The notes under the pieces: generated by a model
What the model saw: only the letters and a program-made list of their open reading frames with translations
What the model was told of the DNA's origin: nothing
The model's database searches: none
Position numbers and translations under genes: made by a program
Assembly: GCA_046757925.1 (NCBI GenBank)
Contig: JBHHZE010000002.1
Location: 11,117 to 75,116 of the forward strand
Length of the DNA: 64,000 bases
Direction: 5' to 3'
Source: Gemmatimonadales bacterium
Lineage (GTDB): Bacteria; Gemmatimonadota; Gemmatimonadetes; Gemmatimonadales; GWC2-71-9
Shown: positions 47,612 to 56,382 of the stretch, one piece after another
How the letters are laid out: every line of letters begins with the position of its first letter
Numbering within the stretch: the stretch's first letter is position 1

Positions 47612-49551
47612 TCCGTCTGGGCAGCGACGATTATGTGGGCAGGGTGGTCGCCACCGAGGCGATGCCGGCGGGGCCGCACCAGTTTTACTTTTGGACCGCG
47701 GTCGATGCGACGCTCGGTATAGGCGCCATCGTGAGAGTAGATGGTGACGATGATCGTATCGTTTTTGCGGTCGTGGTCGATGGGCGGGCATACACGGATC
47801 TCGCCACGGCGTTGCATGACGTTCTGGCTACGGATGGTGACCCGTCCGGCACCCGTCCGCCGACCAAACGTGTGGAGGTCCGGCTCTGGACGGCTGCGGT
47901 GCTACGTCAAGAACCGGAGGAGCCGGTCCAGCCTGTGCCGCTGGCGGGTGTGCGATTGGCGACGCGGGACGATGTCGCCGCGGCCTTACGGATGGATTTG
48001 TATGTTGGAACGGATCGCTCTACAGGTCTACCGATTGGTCTGTATACGGCGGGCGGAACGAGTGCGCCGATCCACTTGGACGCCGAGTTCCTGCTCGGTC
48101 CTGAATCGGCGCATCTGAACCTGTCCGGAGTGTCAGGGCTGGCCACCAAGACCAGCGCGGTACAGTTCTTCTTGTCGAGCATTTTCCAGACGTTTCCAGC
48201 TCACAAGGGAAGTATTGCGGCGGTGTGCATCAACGTTAAGGGTCCCGATCTATGTTTCCTCGACCAACCGGGAGAGCTGACCGACGGAGATCGGGCGATG
48301 TATGCCGAGCTGAAGTTGGAACCGCGGCCGTTCGACCGGGTGCGCTACTACGCTCCCTTCAAGGGAGATGGTGTAAACCTCAACACACTGCGTTCGCATC
48401 CCGATCTAGTTGGCTCGGTGCAGCCCCTCGTTTGGGGACTGCGCGAAGTGTTGGATTATCACGAAGTACTGATGAGCCGTGACGACATAGACGCCAAGTC
48501 AGACGGTCTGATCGATTTTTTGGCAGAGCGAGTCGTTGAGAAGCAATTCGACGACGAGTGGGGCAACTCGCACCGCGTGAGAACGTTCGCAGATCTGGAG
48601 CGGCTCTTTCGGGCAATCTTCGATGGACTGGAATCGCAAGGGCGGGGCGATATGTGGCGCACGCATCACATCGCCACCATACGGAAAGTGCGCAACAGGT
48701 TGCTCAACATATCTACACGATGCAAGGGGCTGGTTACCGATGATGGCACGGTAAGCGACCTCCCGTTCGGCGAGTTTGAAGACCGTTCGGTACATGTGGT
48801 GGACGTTGCCGGAATGGACCAACTCGCACAGGATCTAGCGTTCACGCGGGTAGTCTCAGAGTTGCGCGATCGTTTGGAGCGACGCGATCTGGGTGTAGAC
48901 CATGTAATCGTCTTTGTAGATGAGTTGAACAAATATGCGCCGGGCGACGGTCCCGAGACTTACGTCCGGAAGATGCTGTTGGATATTTCCGAGCGCGGTA
49001 GGTATCTGGGTCTGGTACTTTTCTCGGCACAGCAATTCCGCTCCCAGGTGCACCGCAGGGTCGTCGGCAATGCCGGCACTACGATCTACGGACGAATGGA
49101 CATGGATGAGTTGGCTACACCGGGGTATCAGGTTCTCTCTCCAGCCACCAAGATCAAGTTGGCAACTCTGCCCAAAGGGCAGCTGATGATCCGCCACCCG
49201 CATTTCACGCAACCTGTCTTCGTGCGATTCCCCCGCCCCCCGGTGCTGCCCGGTCCGGTCGGCATTCAGAGATATCCTCCGGCCAAGGACATGGAGTTTG
49301 AAGATGCGGTGGTGCTGCAGCTAGTTGGCCTGGATAGGCAACTCGAGCCGGGAAAGGTCAAAGCGGTGATAGCGGGGCGCAGGGAAGTTGATGTCAGGCG
49401 GGCCCTATTGGCGACCCGGCGGGCGCGCCCGGACGACGTCTTGGCGTTCTTTAGAGCCGCCTTGGGTCCCGCTGTGGAGAGAGAGAATGTGGGGGTGTCA
49501 CGGGTGCGAGCAGCACCTCTCAGATCGGTGGAGGATCCATATGTTTCCTGA
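47602..49551 (+). CDS. herA: HerA-like (FtsK/HerA superfamily) ATPase
   Basis: N-terminal barrel-like domain (GRVVATEAMPAGPHQFYFW...IVRVDGDDDRIVFAVVVD), P-loop-like NLSGVSGLATKTS (48127-48153) and Walker B HVIVFVDELNKYAP (DE at 48919-48924). ATG 47602 or 47608 overlaps the nurA stop. Confidence 0.72.
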   Translation: MDMIRLGSDDYVGRVVATEAMPAGPHQFYFWTAVDATLGIGAIVRVDGDDDRIVFAVVVDGRAYTDLATALHDVLATDGDPSGTRPPTKRVEVRLWTAAVLRQEPEEPVQPVPLAGVRLATRDDVAAALRMDLYVGTDRSTGLPIGLYTAGGTSAPIHLDAEFLLGPESAHLNLSGVSGLATKTSAVQFFLSSIFQTFPAHKGSIAAVCINVKGPDLCFLDQPGELTDGDRAMYAELKLEPRPFDRVRYYAPFKGDGVNLNTLRSHPDLVGSVQPLVWGLREVLDYHEVLMSRDDIDAKSDGLIDFLAERVVEKQFDDEWGNSHRVRTFADLERLFRAIFDGLESQGRGDMWRTHHIATIRKVRNRLLNISTRCKGLVTDDGTVSDLPFGEFEDRSVHVVDVAGMDQLAQDLAFTRVVSELRDRLERRDLGVDHVIVFVDELNKYAPGDGPETYVRKMLLDISERGRYLGLVLFSAQQFRSQVHRRVVGNAGTTIYGRMDMDELATPGYQVLSPATKIKLATLPKGQLMIRHPHFTQPVFVRFPRPPVLPGPVGIQRYPPAKDMEFEDAVVLQLVGLDRQLEPGKVKAVIAGRREVDVRRALLATRRARPDDVLAFFRAALGPAVERENVGVSRVRAAPLRSVEDPYVS

Positions 49552-50428
49552 GTTGCGTCGTTTGAGATCGATCTGCCTGACAGTTGGGCTGGTTTGCCCA
49601 GCGGTTGCGGCCAGTCAAGTACCTGAGGCCCTTCGCTTTAGGCCTGCGGAAAGCTCTCTGATCCACACGGTTTTGCGCTCCGAGATCGAGATGAGCGTGA
49701 TCACGCCGGATGGATCGGACACGGTGCGTGTAGTAGCGACTAGACTGGAAAGTCTGACTGAAGAGATCACCGCAGTAGCGGGCGATCGGTATTCTGTCAG
49801 ATTGACCTACGATTCGGTCCGGGCCCGTCTCCGACCTGCCGGAGGGACGTGGAAAATCCTCGATCCCGGTCCCAGGGAGGAAGCTACGGTCCGCGTCGTG
49901 CTGGGCCCCACGATGCAGGTACTGGCCTCTGCCGAGTACATCGACCAACCCAATGTAAATGTTTCCGATTCCGAAGCCCTGCGGGGAATGGCGGGCGGGT
50001 TCCAATTATCCCTGCCCGATACTCTGGTTGCGGTCGGGGGGTCGTGGACGGCGGAACTCAAGTATCCGATCACTGTCCTGGCGAGCGTGGCCGGCGATCT
50101 GGGAGTACCCAACACCGGAGAACTGATGTCGCTGGCCACGGTGACGCTCGACAGCGTGACTGCTCGCGGTACCGACCGACTGAGTTACATGACCGTGCGC
50201 GGCCGATTTCATCCCACTAGGATCGAGTCTTCGGCACAGGACGCCGGCGTTGCCGATGTGGCCGGTTCTCTGGTAGCGACGCTCATTTGGTCGTCCGGTT
50301 GGAACGCATATGTGTCGGGCGGGGTCCGCATGGTGATCAATCTGGTGACGTATAACGACACCAACGACAAAGACGTGACGTCACGGCTGCGGTTTGAGAT
50401 CGCGACGCAGTTTCAGCTTCGGGCCTAG
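49541..50428 (+). CDS. exported protein of unknown function, paralog 1 of a tandem pair
   Basis: ATG 49541 overlaps the herA 3' end by 11 nt. Signal-peptide-like MFPELRRLRSICLTVGLVCPAVAA/SQ. Beta-rich. Clearly paralogous to the next gene. Confidence 0.6.
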   Translation: MFPELRRLRSICLTVGLVCPAVAASQVPEALRFRPAESSLIHTVLRSEIEMSVITPDGSDTVRVVATRLESLTEEITAVAGDRYSVRLTYDSVRARLRPAGGTWKILDPGPREEATVRVVLGPTMQVLASAEYIDQPNVNVSDSEALRGMAGGFQLSLPDTLVAVGGSWTAELKYPITVLASVAGDLGVPNTGELMSLATVTLDSVTARGTDRLSYMTVRGRFHPTRIESSAQDAGVADVAGSLVATLIWSSGWNAYVSGGVRMVINLVTYNDTNDKDVTSRLRFEIATQFQLRA

Positions 50429-50431
50429 CTC

Positions 50432-51268
50432 TTGTTCAGGCTCGTAAAGGTCTGGCTGTTGCTGCAGATGGTTCCCGGTGTAGTCTCGGGCCAGGGCGCA
50501 CTGTTGCTTCGTCGCAGGCTCGACCTGAACGCCACGGTGCATACGGCGTTTCAAACGGTGACGCGGGTAACGTCGAGTTCGGGCCGTTACACCGAGAGCG
50601 CGGACCTGGGAGCCATGCGATGGATCGAGACCACTGATGGAGGGGGCAATGAGGTCCTTCACCTCACATATGATTCGGTACGAGTGCGAACCAGAGATCA
50701 CGGTGGCTCCTGGAGGGGCTTGGCGATCACGGACGTGGATACAGCCTGGGTTCAGATCCACATGGACGACCGCATGCGGGTAAAGCGGGTTCTCGTAGGT
50801 GGGGAATTGGCGGGGGTCACCAAGCTTCTACCTGTATTGACGGGCCTCCCGCACTTGGTGCTTCCTGAACGGGAGCTGGCGGTGGGTGACAGGTGGTTGA
50901 GTGAAACGGAGATCGCAGTCACGGGCCCGGGTATTGAAGGCGCCACCGGCCGGCCGGGCATACTTGGCCGTGCCGAGCTCAAATTGGATAGCATAGTGGC
51001 ACGCAGCAGCGACACGCTCGGGTTCATTACGGTGGTTGGGCATGTCGGACCCACGACACTCGTCAGCGTCGGTAGGGCGGGCGCCAAGGTCGTGGCGTCT
51101 GGAGCGGTCAGGGGAGGTCTAGTGTGGTCGACGGGATGGGGTTTGTTCGTGAGCGGTGCGATCCAAACTCGGCTCGAGATGACCCGAGGGACGAAGGGAG
51201 CCTCGGGTGATGGGGATGGAGATTCTCTAGTGATGGAAAAGACCACACGTTATCAAGTTCGACCATAA
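50432..51268 (+). CDS. exported protein of unknown function, paralog 2 of a tandem pair
   Basis: TTG start 3 nt after the upstream stop. Signal-like MFRLVKVWLLLQMVPGVVSG/QG. Shares LTYDSVRxRxRxxGGxW, AVGxxW, LDSxxARxxDxL and WSxGWxxxVSG blocks with paralog 1. Confidence 0.6.
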   Translation: MFRLVKVWLLLQMVPGVVSGQGALLLRRRLDLNATVHTAFQTVTRVTSSSGRYTESADLGAMRWIETTDGGGNEVLHLTYDSVRVRTRDHGGSWRGLAITDVDTAWVQIHMDDRMRVKRVLVGGELAGVTKLLPVLTGLPHLVLPERELAVGDRWLSETEIAVTGPGIEGATGRPGILGRAELKLDSIVARSSDTLGFITVVGHVGPTTLVSVGRAGAKVVASGAVRGGLVWSTGWGLFVSGAIQTRLEMTRGTKGASGDGDGDSLVMEKTTRYQVRP

Positions 51269-51272
51269 CACC

Positions 51273-52463
51273 TTGAAGCTCGCTCACCTCGCTGATATTC
51301 ATCTCGGGTTCAGGCAGTACTACCGTCAGACACCCGCGGGCATAAACCAACGAGAGGCCGATGTAGCCAACGCCTTCAGGAGAGCCATCGACGACGTCGT
51401 GTCTGCCCGGCCCGACCTGGTGCTAATCGCGGGTGATTTTTTTCATTCTGTGCGGCCCACGAACCAGGCGATCATCCACGCCTTCAGCCAACTTGGCAGA
51501 CTGAGGACAGATCTTCCCGGGGCGCCCGTGGTCATCATCGCCGGCGATCACGACACTCCCAGGTCGGTCGAGACAGGATCCATCCTCAAGCTCTTCGAAG
51601 CCATCGGTGGTGTCCATGTAGTCTCGGAGTCTGTCAAAGAAATTGCGTTCGAGGAACTCGACCTCGCCGTCACGTGCGTTCCCTTCGTGACCCATTTGAC
51701 GGGCTCTCTGCATGTTCTTGAGCCGGAACGCCAAGGTGCGAAACTGCGAGTACTGGTCACGCACGCGGAGATCGCCGGCGTTCTGCCGTCCGAACGGTCG
51801 GCGGCGGAGTATGGAGGAGTCGTGATTGAACCCGGCGCCCTGCACGCCGAGAGTTGGGACTACGTTGCCTTGGGCCACTATCACGTGGCCCATCGAGTCC
51901 GCAAGAACGCCTGGTATTCGGGCGCGTTGGAGCATGTTACACGCAATCCTTGGGGTGAACTCAAGGACGAGGCACGAGAGGGTCGGCAGGGGCAGAAGGG
52001 CTGGCTGCTGGTCACCCTGGGTGCCGAATTGCGTGTCGAATTCCAACCGATAACTATGGAGCGCCAGTACATAGACCTGGAGCCGATTCATGGCGCCGGG
52101 CTTACTGCAGGACAACTCGACCGACTGATAGCCGAACGCATAGAGGGTGTGTCGTGCGGCATCACCGGTCAGATCGTGAGGCAGGTTGTTTGGGATGTTC
52201 CGCGGGCGATTGTCCGCGATCTCGATCACGCAAGAATCCGCGACTTCAAATCGAAGGCCTTGCATTTCAATCTGGATATACGGCGACCGATGCCCGAGCG
52301 GGTGGTAGGGATTGGGACGCCAAATGGTAGACAGACGCTGGCGGAATTAGTGGCGGACTACCTGGCTCGTCGCGACATGCCGTCGAAAGCCGAGTCGAAA
52401 CGACTCGTCGGGCTGGGGACCAAGTACATGAAAGCTGTTGAGCAGGATTTTCTAGAGGAATAG
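51273..52463 (+). CDS. sbcD: Mre11/SbcD-type DNA repair exonuclease (calcineurin-like phosphoesterase)
   Basis: MKLAHLADIHLG (motif I), LIAGDFFH (II), IIAGDHD (III), LVTHAEI (IV), ALGHYH (V). TTG start 4 nt after the upstream stop. Confidence 0.88.
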   Translation: MKLAHLADIHLGFRQYYRQTPAGINQREADVANAFRRAIDDVVSARPDLVLIAGDFFHSVRPTNQAIIHAFSQLGRLRTDLPGAPVVIIAGDHDTPRSVETGSILKLFEAIGGVHVVSESVKEIAFEELDLAVTCVPFVTHLTGSLHVLEPERQGAKLRVLVTHAEIAGVLPSERSAAEYGGVVIEPGALHAESWDYVALGHYHVAHRVRKNAWYSGALEHVTRNPWGELKDEAREGRQGQKGWLLVTLGAELRVEFQPITMERQYIDLEPIHGAGLTAGQLDRLIAERIEGVSCGITGQIVRQVVWDVPRAIVRDLDHARIRDFKSKALHFNLDIRRPMPERVVGIGTPNGRQTLAELVADYLARRDMPSKAESKRLVGLGTKYMKAVEQDFLEE

Positions 52464-54878
52464 GTGCGACTCCACAGGGTAAAACTGGTCAATTTTCGGC
52501 AGCATGCTGATACCGAAATCGTGCTGGGGCCGGGGATCACAGCGGTTGTCGGACCCAACGGAGCCGGCAAGTCGACATTGCTGGAAGCCATTGCGTGGGC
52601 CTTCTACGGCAACCAAGCGGCTCGGGGCAGTCGCGACACGATTCGAAGAATCAATGCACCGGCGCGCTCGAAGGTTCAGGTGGAGGTGGACTTTGCGCTG
52701 GGTTCCCATGAATTTCACGTGGTGCGCGGTGTCTACAACGCCGAGCTGTTTCAGGACGGGCAACGCGAGGCAATAGCGAATAGCCAGCAAGAGGTCACCA
52801 GAGGAATCACTCGTGTGCTGGGGATGACACACGACGAATTCTTCAACACGTACTTCACCGGTCAGAAGGAGTTGGCCGTCATGGCCAACTTGGGTCCCGC
52901 CGACCGCGCTCGCTTTCTCTCTAGGATTCTCGGTTACGACAAACTCAAGTTGGCTCAGGATCGCTTGCGCAAGACGCGCTCTGGTTTGAAGGGAGAGCTG
53001 ACCGGGTTGGAACAGGGGTTGGGTGACAAAGAGGCACTGCTAGCTGAGTTGCAAGGAGCCAAAGAACGCACGCGCGAGATCGAGCAAAGAGTTGAAACGG
53101 CCACCGCGTCGCTTCAGCGTGCCAAGGAAGTGCTCGAAGTAGAGGGTCCTGAGTGGAGCCGCATGGTCTCGGTGCGGGAGTCGGTACTGTCTCTCGAGAG
53201 CGAAATGCGTGTTGCCGAGAGGGATGTCGAAGAGGCGCGGCGCGAATTCGAGCGGCTGGACAAGGAATTAGCAGAGGCGCTCGCTGCCAGATCGCAGCTG
53301 GAGACCATCGGGCCCGAACTCGCGCGCATCCGGCCGCTATCTGAAGAGCTGGACCGGTTGGACAATGAGGCACAGGCGTCGGGGCGGAAACGGGCTCTAT
53401 CCGGCCAGCTGCGAGAGGTTGAGAAACAGGGTCGATCCCTGTCGCAGCGTGCGGCTGAGATCGACGATGCGCCCAAGCAATTGGAAATCGCTCGCCAGGA
53501 GTTGGAGGACCTGCGTAAGCTGCTGCGTCAGGCGGAAGGAGACGTGGAGAAAGCAAACACGGCGTGGATTCGGGACAAGCAGGATGCTGAGACTAAGCGC
53601 CAATCTCTGCGCGACCGATACCGGGATTTGCAGGACCAACGAGAGCGAATTGTTGCGGCGGGCTCGGAGGGCGAGTGCCCCACGTGCGCACGACCTCTCG
53701 GACCAGAATACGGGAGCGTTCTAAAGGCGTTGGAGCGCCAACTGGAAGAGATCGAGATTGACGGCAGATACTTTGCACAGCGCGTCGAACAGCTGTCGAA
53801 GGAACCGTCGGAGCTGGCGGATAAACGTGAGATCCTGGCGCAGTCCAACCGTGACTACGAGCGTGGCGTGGAGCGTGTTACCAACTGTGAGAGTCGAGTG
53901 CGAGAGAGAGAGCAAGTGGCGTCTCAGCTGCGGGAGTTGGAAGATCGGAAGGCTCAACTGGAGCAAGAAATCAAGGATCTTCCGGAAGTGTACGATGCCG
54001 ACAGGCACGAGGCAGTGAGGGACGAGTTGCGGTCGCTCGAACCAGTCAAGACGCGCGGCGTGGAACTGCGGGTCAAGGCTGAGGCCGCCGAGACCCTGGT
54101 CCAGAGGGCGGAGGCGGCTGAGTCCGTGGTATCGGAAGCCGAGACCCGATTCGATCAGTTGCGCAAGGCCCTGGAGGACCTGGGCTACAGTGACGATCTG
54201 TTTGCACGGGCTCGGGAAAGCTACGAGCAGGCCGAGTCAGCGGTGAGGGAGGCGGAACTCCAATTGGTGGCGGTTGAAGGCGACCGTAAAGCTGCCAGGG
54301 CGGCTGTGGAGTTGGCGGAGCGGCGTGTTCGGGAACGTGAGGAGCGAGCGGCACGTGTGGACAACATCAAGGCAGACCTGCACTTGCATGATGAGCTGGA
54401 TGCTGCCTTGGGAGATCTTCGTGTGGAGTTGAACGCTACGATGCGGCCGGAAATAGCGGAGCGCGCCTCGGTTTTCTTTTCGGATCTCACTGACGGACGC
54501 TACGACGAACTCGAACTCGACGATCACTATCGCGTCCTAGTGGTTGAGAACGGCCTGCCAAAGTCGGTAATTTCTGGTGGAGAAGAAGACTTGGTAAACC
54601 TCGTCCTCAGGCTGGCTATCAGCCAGATGGTGGCGGAGCGTGCGGGTCAGCCGCTGTCGCTGTTGGTGCTCGATGAGGTGTTTGGCAGTCTCGATGAGGA
54701 TCGCAGGCATCATGTGGTCGAGCTGTTACGGCGACTTACGGGGCGATTCCCGCAGGTGGTGCTGATCACTCACATCGAGTCCATCAAGGAAGGAGTAGAC
54801 CGAGTTTTGCGTGTGGAGTTCGACCAGGACAGAGGTGCTGCGGCTGTTACCGAGAGTAGGGAAGCCTCGACTTGGTAA
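52464..54878 (+). CDS. sbcC: Rad50/SbcC-type SMC-like ATPase with zinc hook
   Basis: Walker A GPNGAGKSTLLEAI, a long coiled coil, CxxC hook CPTC at 53676-53687, signature ISGGEEDLVNLVLRLAI, Walker B LLVLDEVFGSLD, H-loop LITH. The GTG start directly abuts the sbcD stop. Confidence 0.9.
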   Translation: MRLHRVKLVNFRQHADTEIVLGPGITAVVGPNGAGKSTLLEAIAWAFYGNQAARGSRDTIRRINAPARSKVQVEVDFALGSHEFHVVRGVYNAELFQDGQREAIANSQQEVTRGITRVLGMTHDEFFNTYFTGQKELAVMANLGPADRARFLSRILGYDKLKLAQDRLRKTRSGLKGELTGLEQGLGDKEALLAELQGAKERTREIEQRVETATASLQRAKEVLEVEGPEWSRMVSVRESVLSLESEMRVAERDVEEARREFERLDKELAEALAARSQLETIGPELARIRPLSEELDRLDNEAQASGRKRALSGQLREVEKQGRSLSQRAAEIDDAPKQLEIARQELEDLRKLLRQAEGDVEKANTAWIRDKQDAETKRQSLRDRYRDLQDQRERIVAAGSEGECPTCARPLGPEYGSVLKALERQLEEIEIDGRYFAQRVEQLSKEPSELADKREILAQSNRDYERGVERVTNCESRVREREQVASQLRELEDRKAQLEQEIKDLPEVYDADRHEAVRDELRSLEPVKTRGVELRVKAEAAETLVQRAEAAESVVSEAETRFDQLRKALEDLGYSDDLFARARESYEQAESAVREAELQLVAVEGDRKAARAAVELAERRVREREERAARVDNIKADLHLHDELDAALGDLRVELNATMRPEIAERASVFFSDLTDGRYDELELDDHYRVLVVENGLPKSVISGGEEDLVNLVLRLAISQMVAERAGQPLSLLVLDEVFGSLDEDRRHHVVELLRRLTGRFPQVVLITHIESIKEGVDRVLRVEFDQDRGAAAVTESREASTW

Positions 54879-55849
54879 AGCTGTGGCATCCGGCGAAAGG
54901 CCTTCACGGTCCTCGGCGTCCGACGACCGAGGACATACCCCTGTTGAACCAGTTGTTTTCCGACTCGTTCACCGATCGCTACAGGCGGGACGGACTGGTG
55001 GGCGTACGGGTCCCGCAGCTCAATCCCGAAATCTGGCACTACGCCATCCGGGATGCGGGAGACGGTGCCATGCTTTGGTTCGACGAAAGCGACGAGTTGG
55101 TGGCGTTCAACATCGCCCATCACTCGGGAGTCGAGGGGTGGATGGGTCCGCTGGCGGTGCGTTCAGACAGGCAGGGCTTGGGTGTCGGTCGGGCGATAGT
55201 CCAGACCGCGGTCGATTGGCTTAAGGAGGCCGGAGTCAGAACCCTGGGACTCGAAACAATGCCTCGGACGGTGGAGAACATCGGTTTCTACACCAGGTTG
55301 GGGTTCGTCCCGCAGCATCTCACGATGACCATGACGTGCGATGCGGCCGGACGGAGCGTGAGAGGTCGCTTCACGCAGGTGGGTCGCTTGGCAACACCGG
55401 ACCGGGCAGACGTGCTGCGACGGTGTCGCGACAGACTGGCCCGCTCGGCGGAGGGATACGACTTTACTCGTGAGTTGGAACTCAGCCGCGAGCTGGATAT
55501 CGGCGATGCAGTGGTTGTGACACAGGAAGGGCAAGTGCAGGGTTTCGCTCTGTGGCATTCAGCTCCCCTGGCGCAGGAGCGATCGGTTGATGAGCTCAGA
55601 GTGCTCAAGCTGTTCGCGGATTCTCCAGCCACGTTTGAAAAGCTGGTGGTGGCTGCCGAGAGATGCGCGAGGCGACTGAAAATTCCGAAGGTTGCAATTC
55701 GCTGCCAGACCGCGTTCGCCGATTCCTACATGAAGTTGGTGGAGTTGGGATACCGTGTGAGATGGACGGATCTCAGAATGACTCTCAACAGGTTTCCCGA
55801 AGTAGTGCTGCCGCCCGGAGAGGTTCTTTTCTCCAACTGGGAGATATGA
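54872..55849 (+). CDS. GNAT-family N-acetyltransferase (two-lobed, about 325 aa)
   Basis: Acetyl-CoA site-like RQGLGVGRAIVQTAVDWLKEAG...FYTRLGF. The TTG start overlaps the rad50 3' end by 7 nt (start codon uncertain). Confidence 0.78.
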   Translation: MVKLWHPAKGLHGPRRPTTEDIPLLNQLFSDSFTDRYRRDGLVGVRVPQLNPEIWHYAIRDAGDGAMLWFDESDELVAFNIAHHSGVEGWMGPLAVRSDRQGLGVGRAIVQTAVDWLKEAGVRTLGLETMPRTVENIGFYTRLGFVPQHLTMTMTCDAAGRSVRGRFTQVGRLATPDRADVLRRCRDRLARSAEGYDFTRELELSRELDIGDAVVVTQEGQVQGFALWHSAPLAQERSVDELRVLKLFADSPATFEKLVVAAERCARRLKIPKVAIRCQTAFADSYMKLVELGYRVRWTDLRMTLNRFPEVVLPPGEVLFSNWEI

Positions 55850-56047
55850 CTAGCTTGGCTTGCCAGTAGCAATTCGCACCGCAATTAAGACGACACCGAC
55901 GGCCAGCGGCAGGTTGACCCACCCCGTGGGTAACTGGGTAATAAACGCAAGAATCACCCACAGCACAATGCTGAATATGGCGCCGGGCATTATGAAACTC
56001 TGCTTTAGCATTTCTGCAATCTCATGTAGTTGACGTTCATTGGCCAC
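55850..56047 (-). CDS. possible small membrane protein
   Basis: 65-aa ORF with two hydrophobic helices (AIFSIVLWVILAFI, LPLAVGVVLIAVRIA). GTG start. Its 5' end overlaps a promoter-like element on the other strand, so the true start may be an internal Met. Confidence 0.35.
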   Translation of the reverse strand: MANERQLHEIAEMLKQSFIMPGAIFSIVLWVILAFITQLPTGWVNLPLAVGVVLIAVRIATGKPS

Positions 56048-56058
56048 ACCTCTATATT
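56030..56058 (+). promoter_or_regulatory. near-consensus sigma70-type promoter-like element
   Basis: TTGACG (56030-56035), an exact 17-nt spacer, then TATATT (56053-56058). It points toward folE, about 320 nt upstream of the folE GTG. Confidence 0.3.
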
Positions 56059-56382
56059 CGCGACAGTTGCGGGGCGAAGAGGTTCATTATTGAGCCAACA
56101 AGCTCGACGACGTGCCCGCTTGCTGGTGCGGATGTCAGGCCCTAGAGATGGGGACGACAGATGTTGTGGCGAGGGCACGGGAAGTACTGATTCGGGCTTC
56201 AATAATTCTCTTCGTTCCGCCTCTTTCTTTGAGAGCTATACACTTTCTCATCTGTCATAGTCCCAGCGCTGCTTGACTGGCGCCGAGTGTCAAAATAGCC
56301 TTCACATATCCTTGAGTACAACTTCACCCTATCCTCGCTGCCTTGCGTGGGCAGGAGGTGTATAACATAGTCCGGAGCCACC

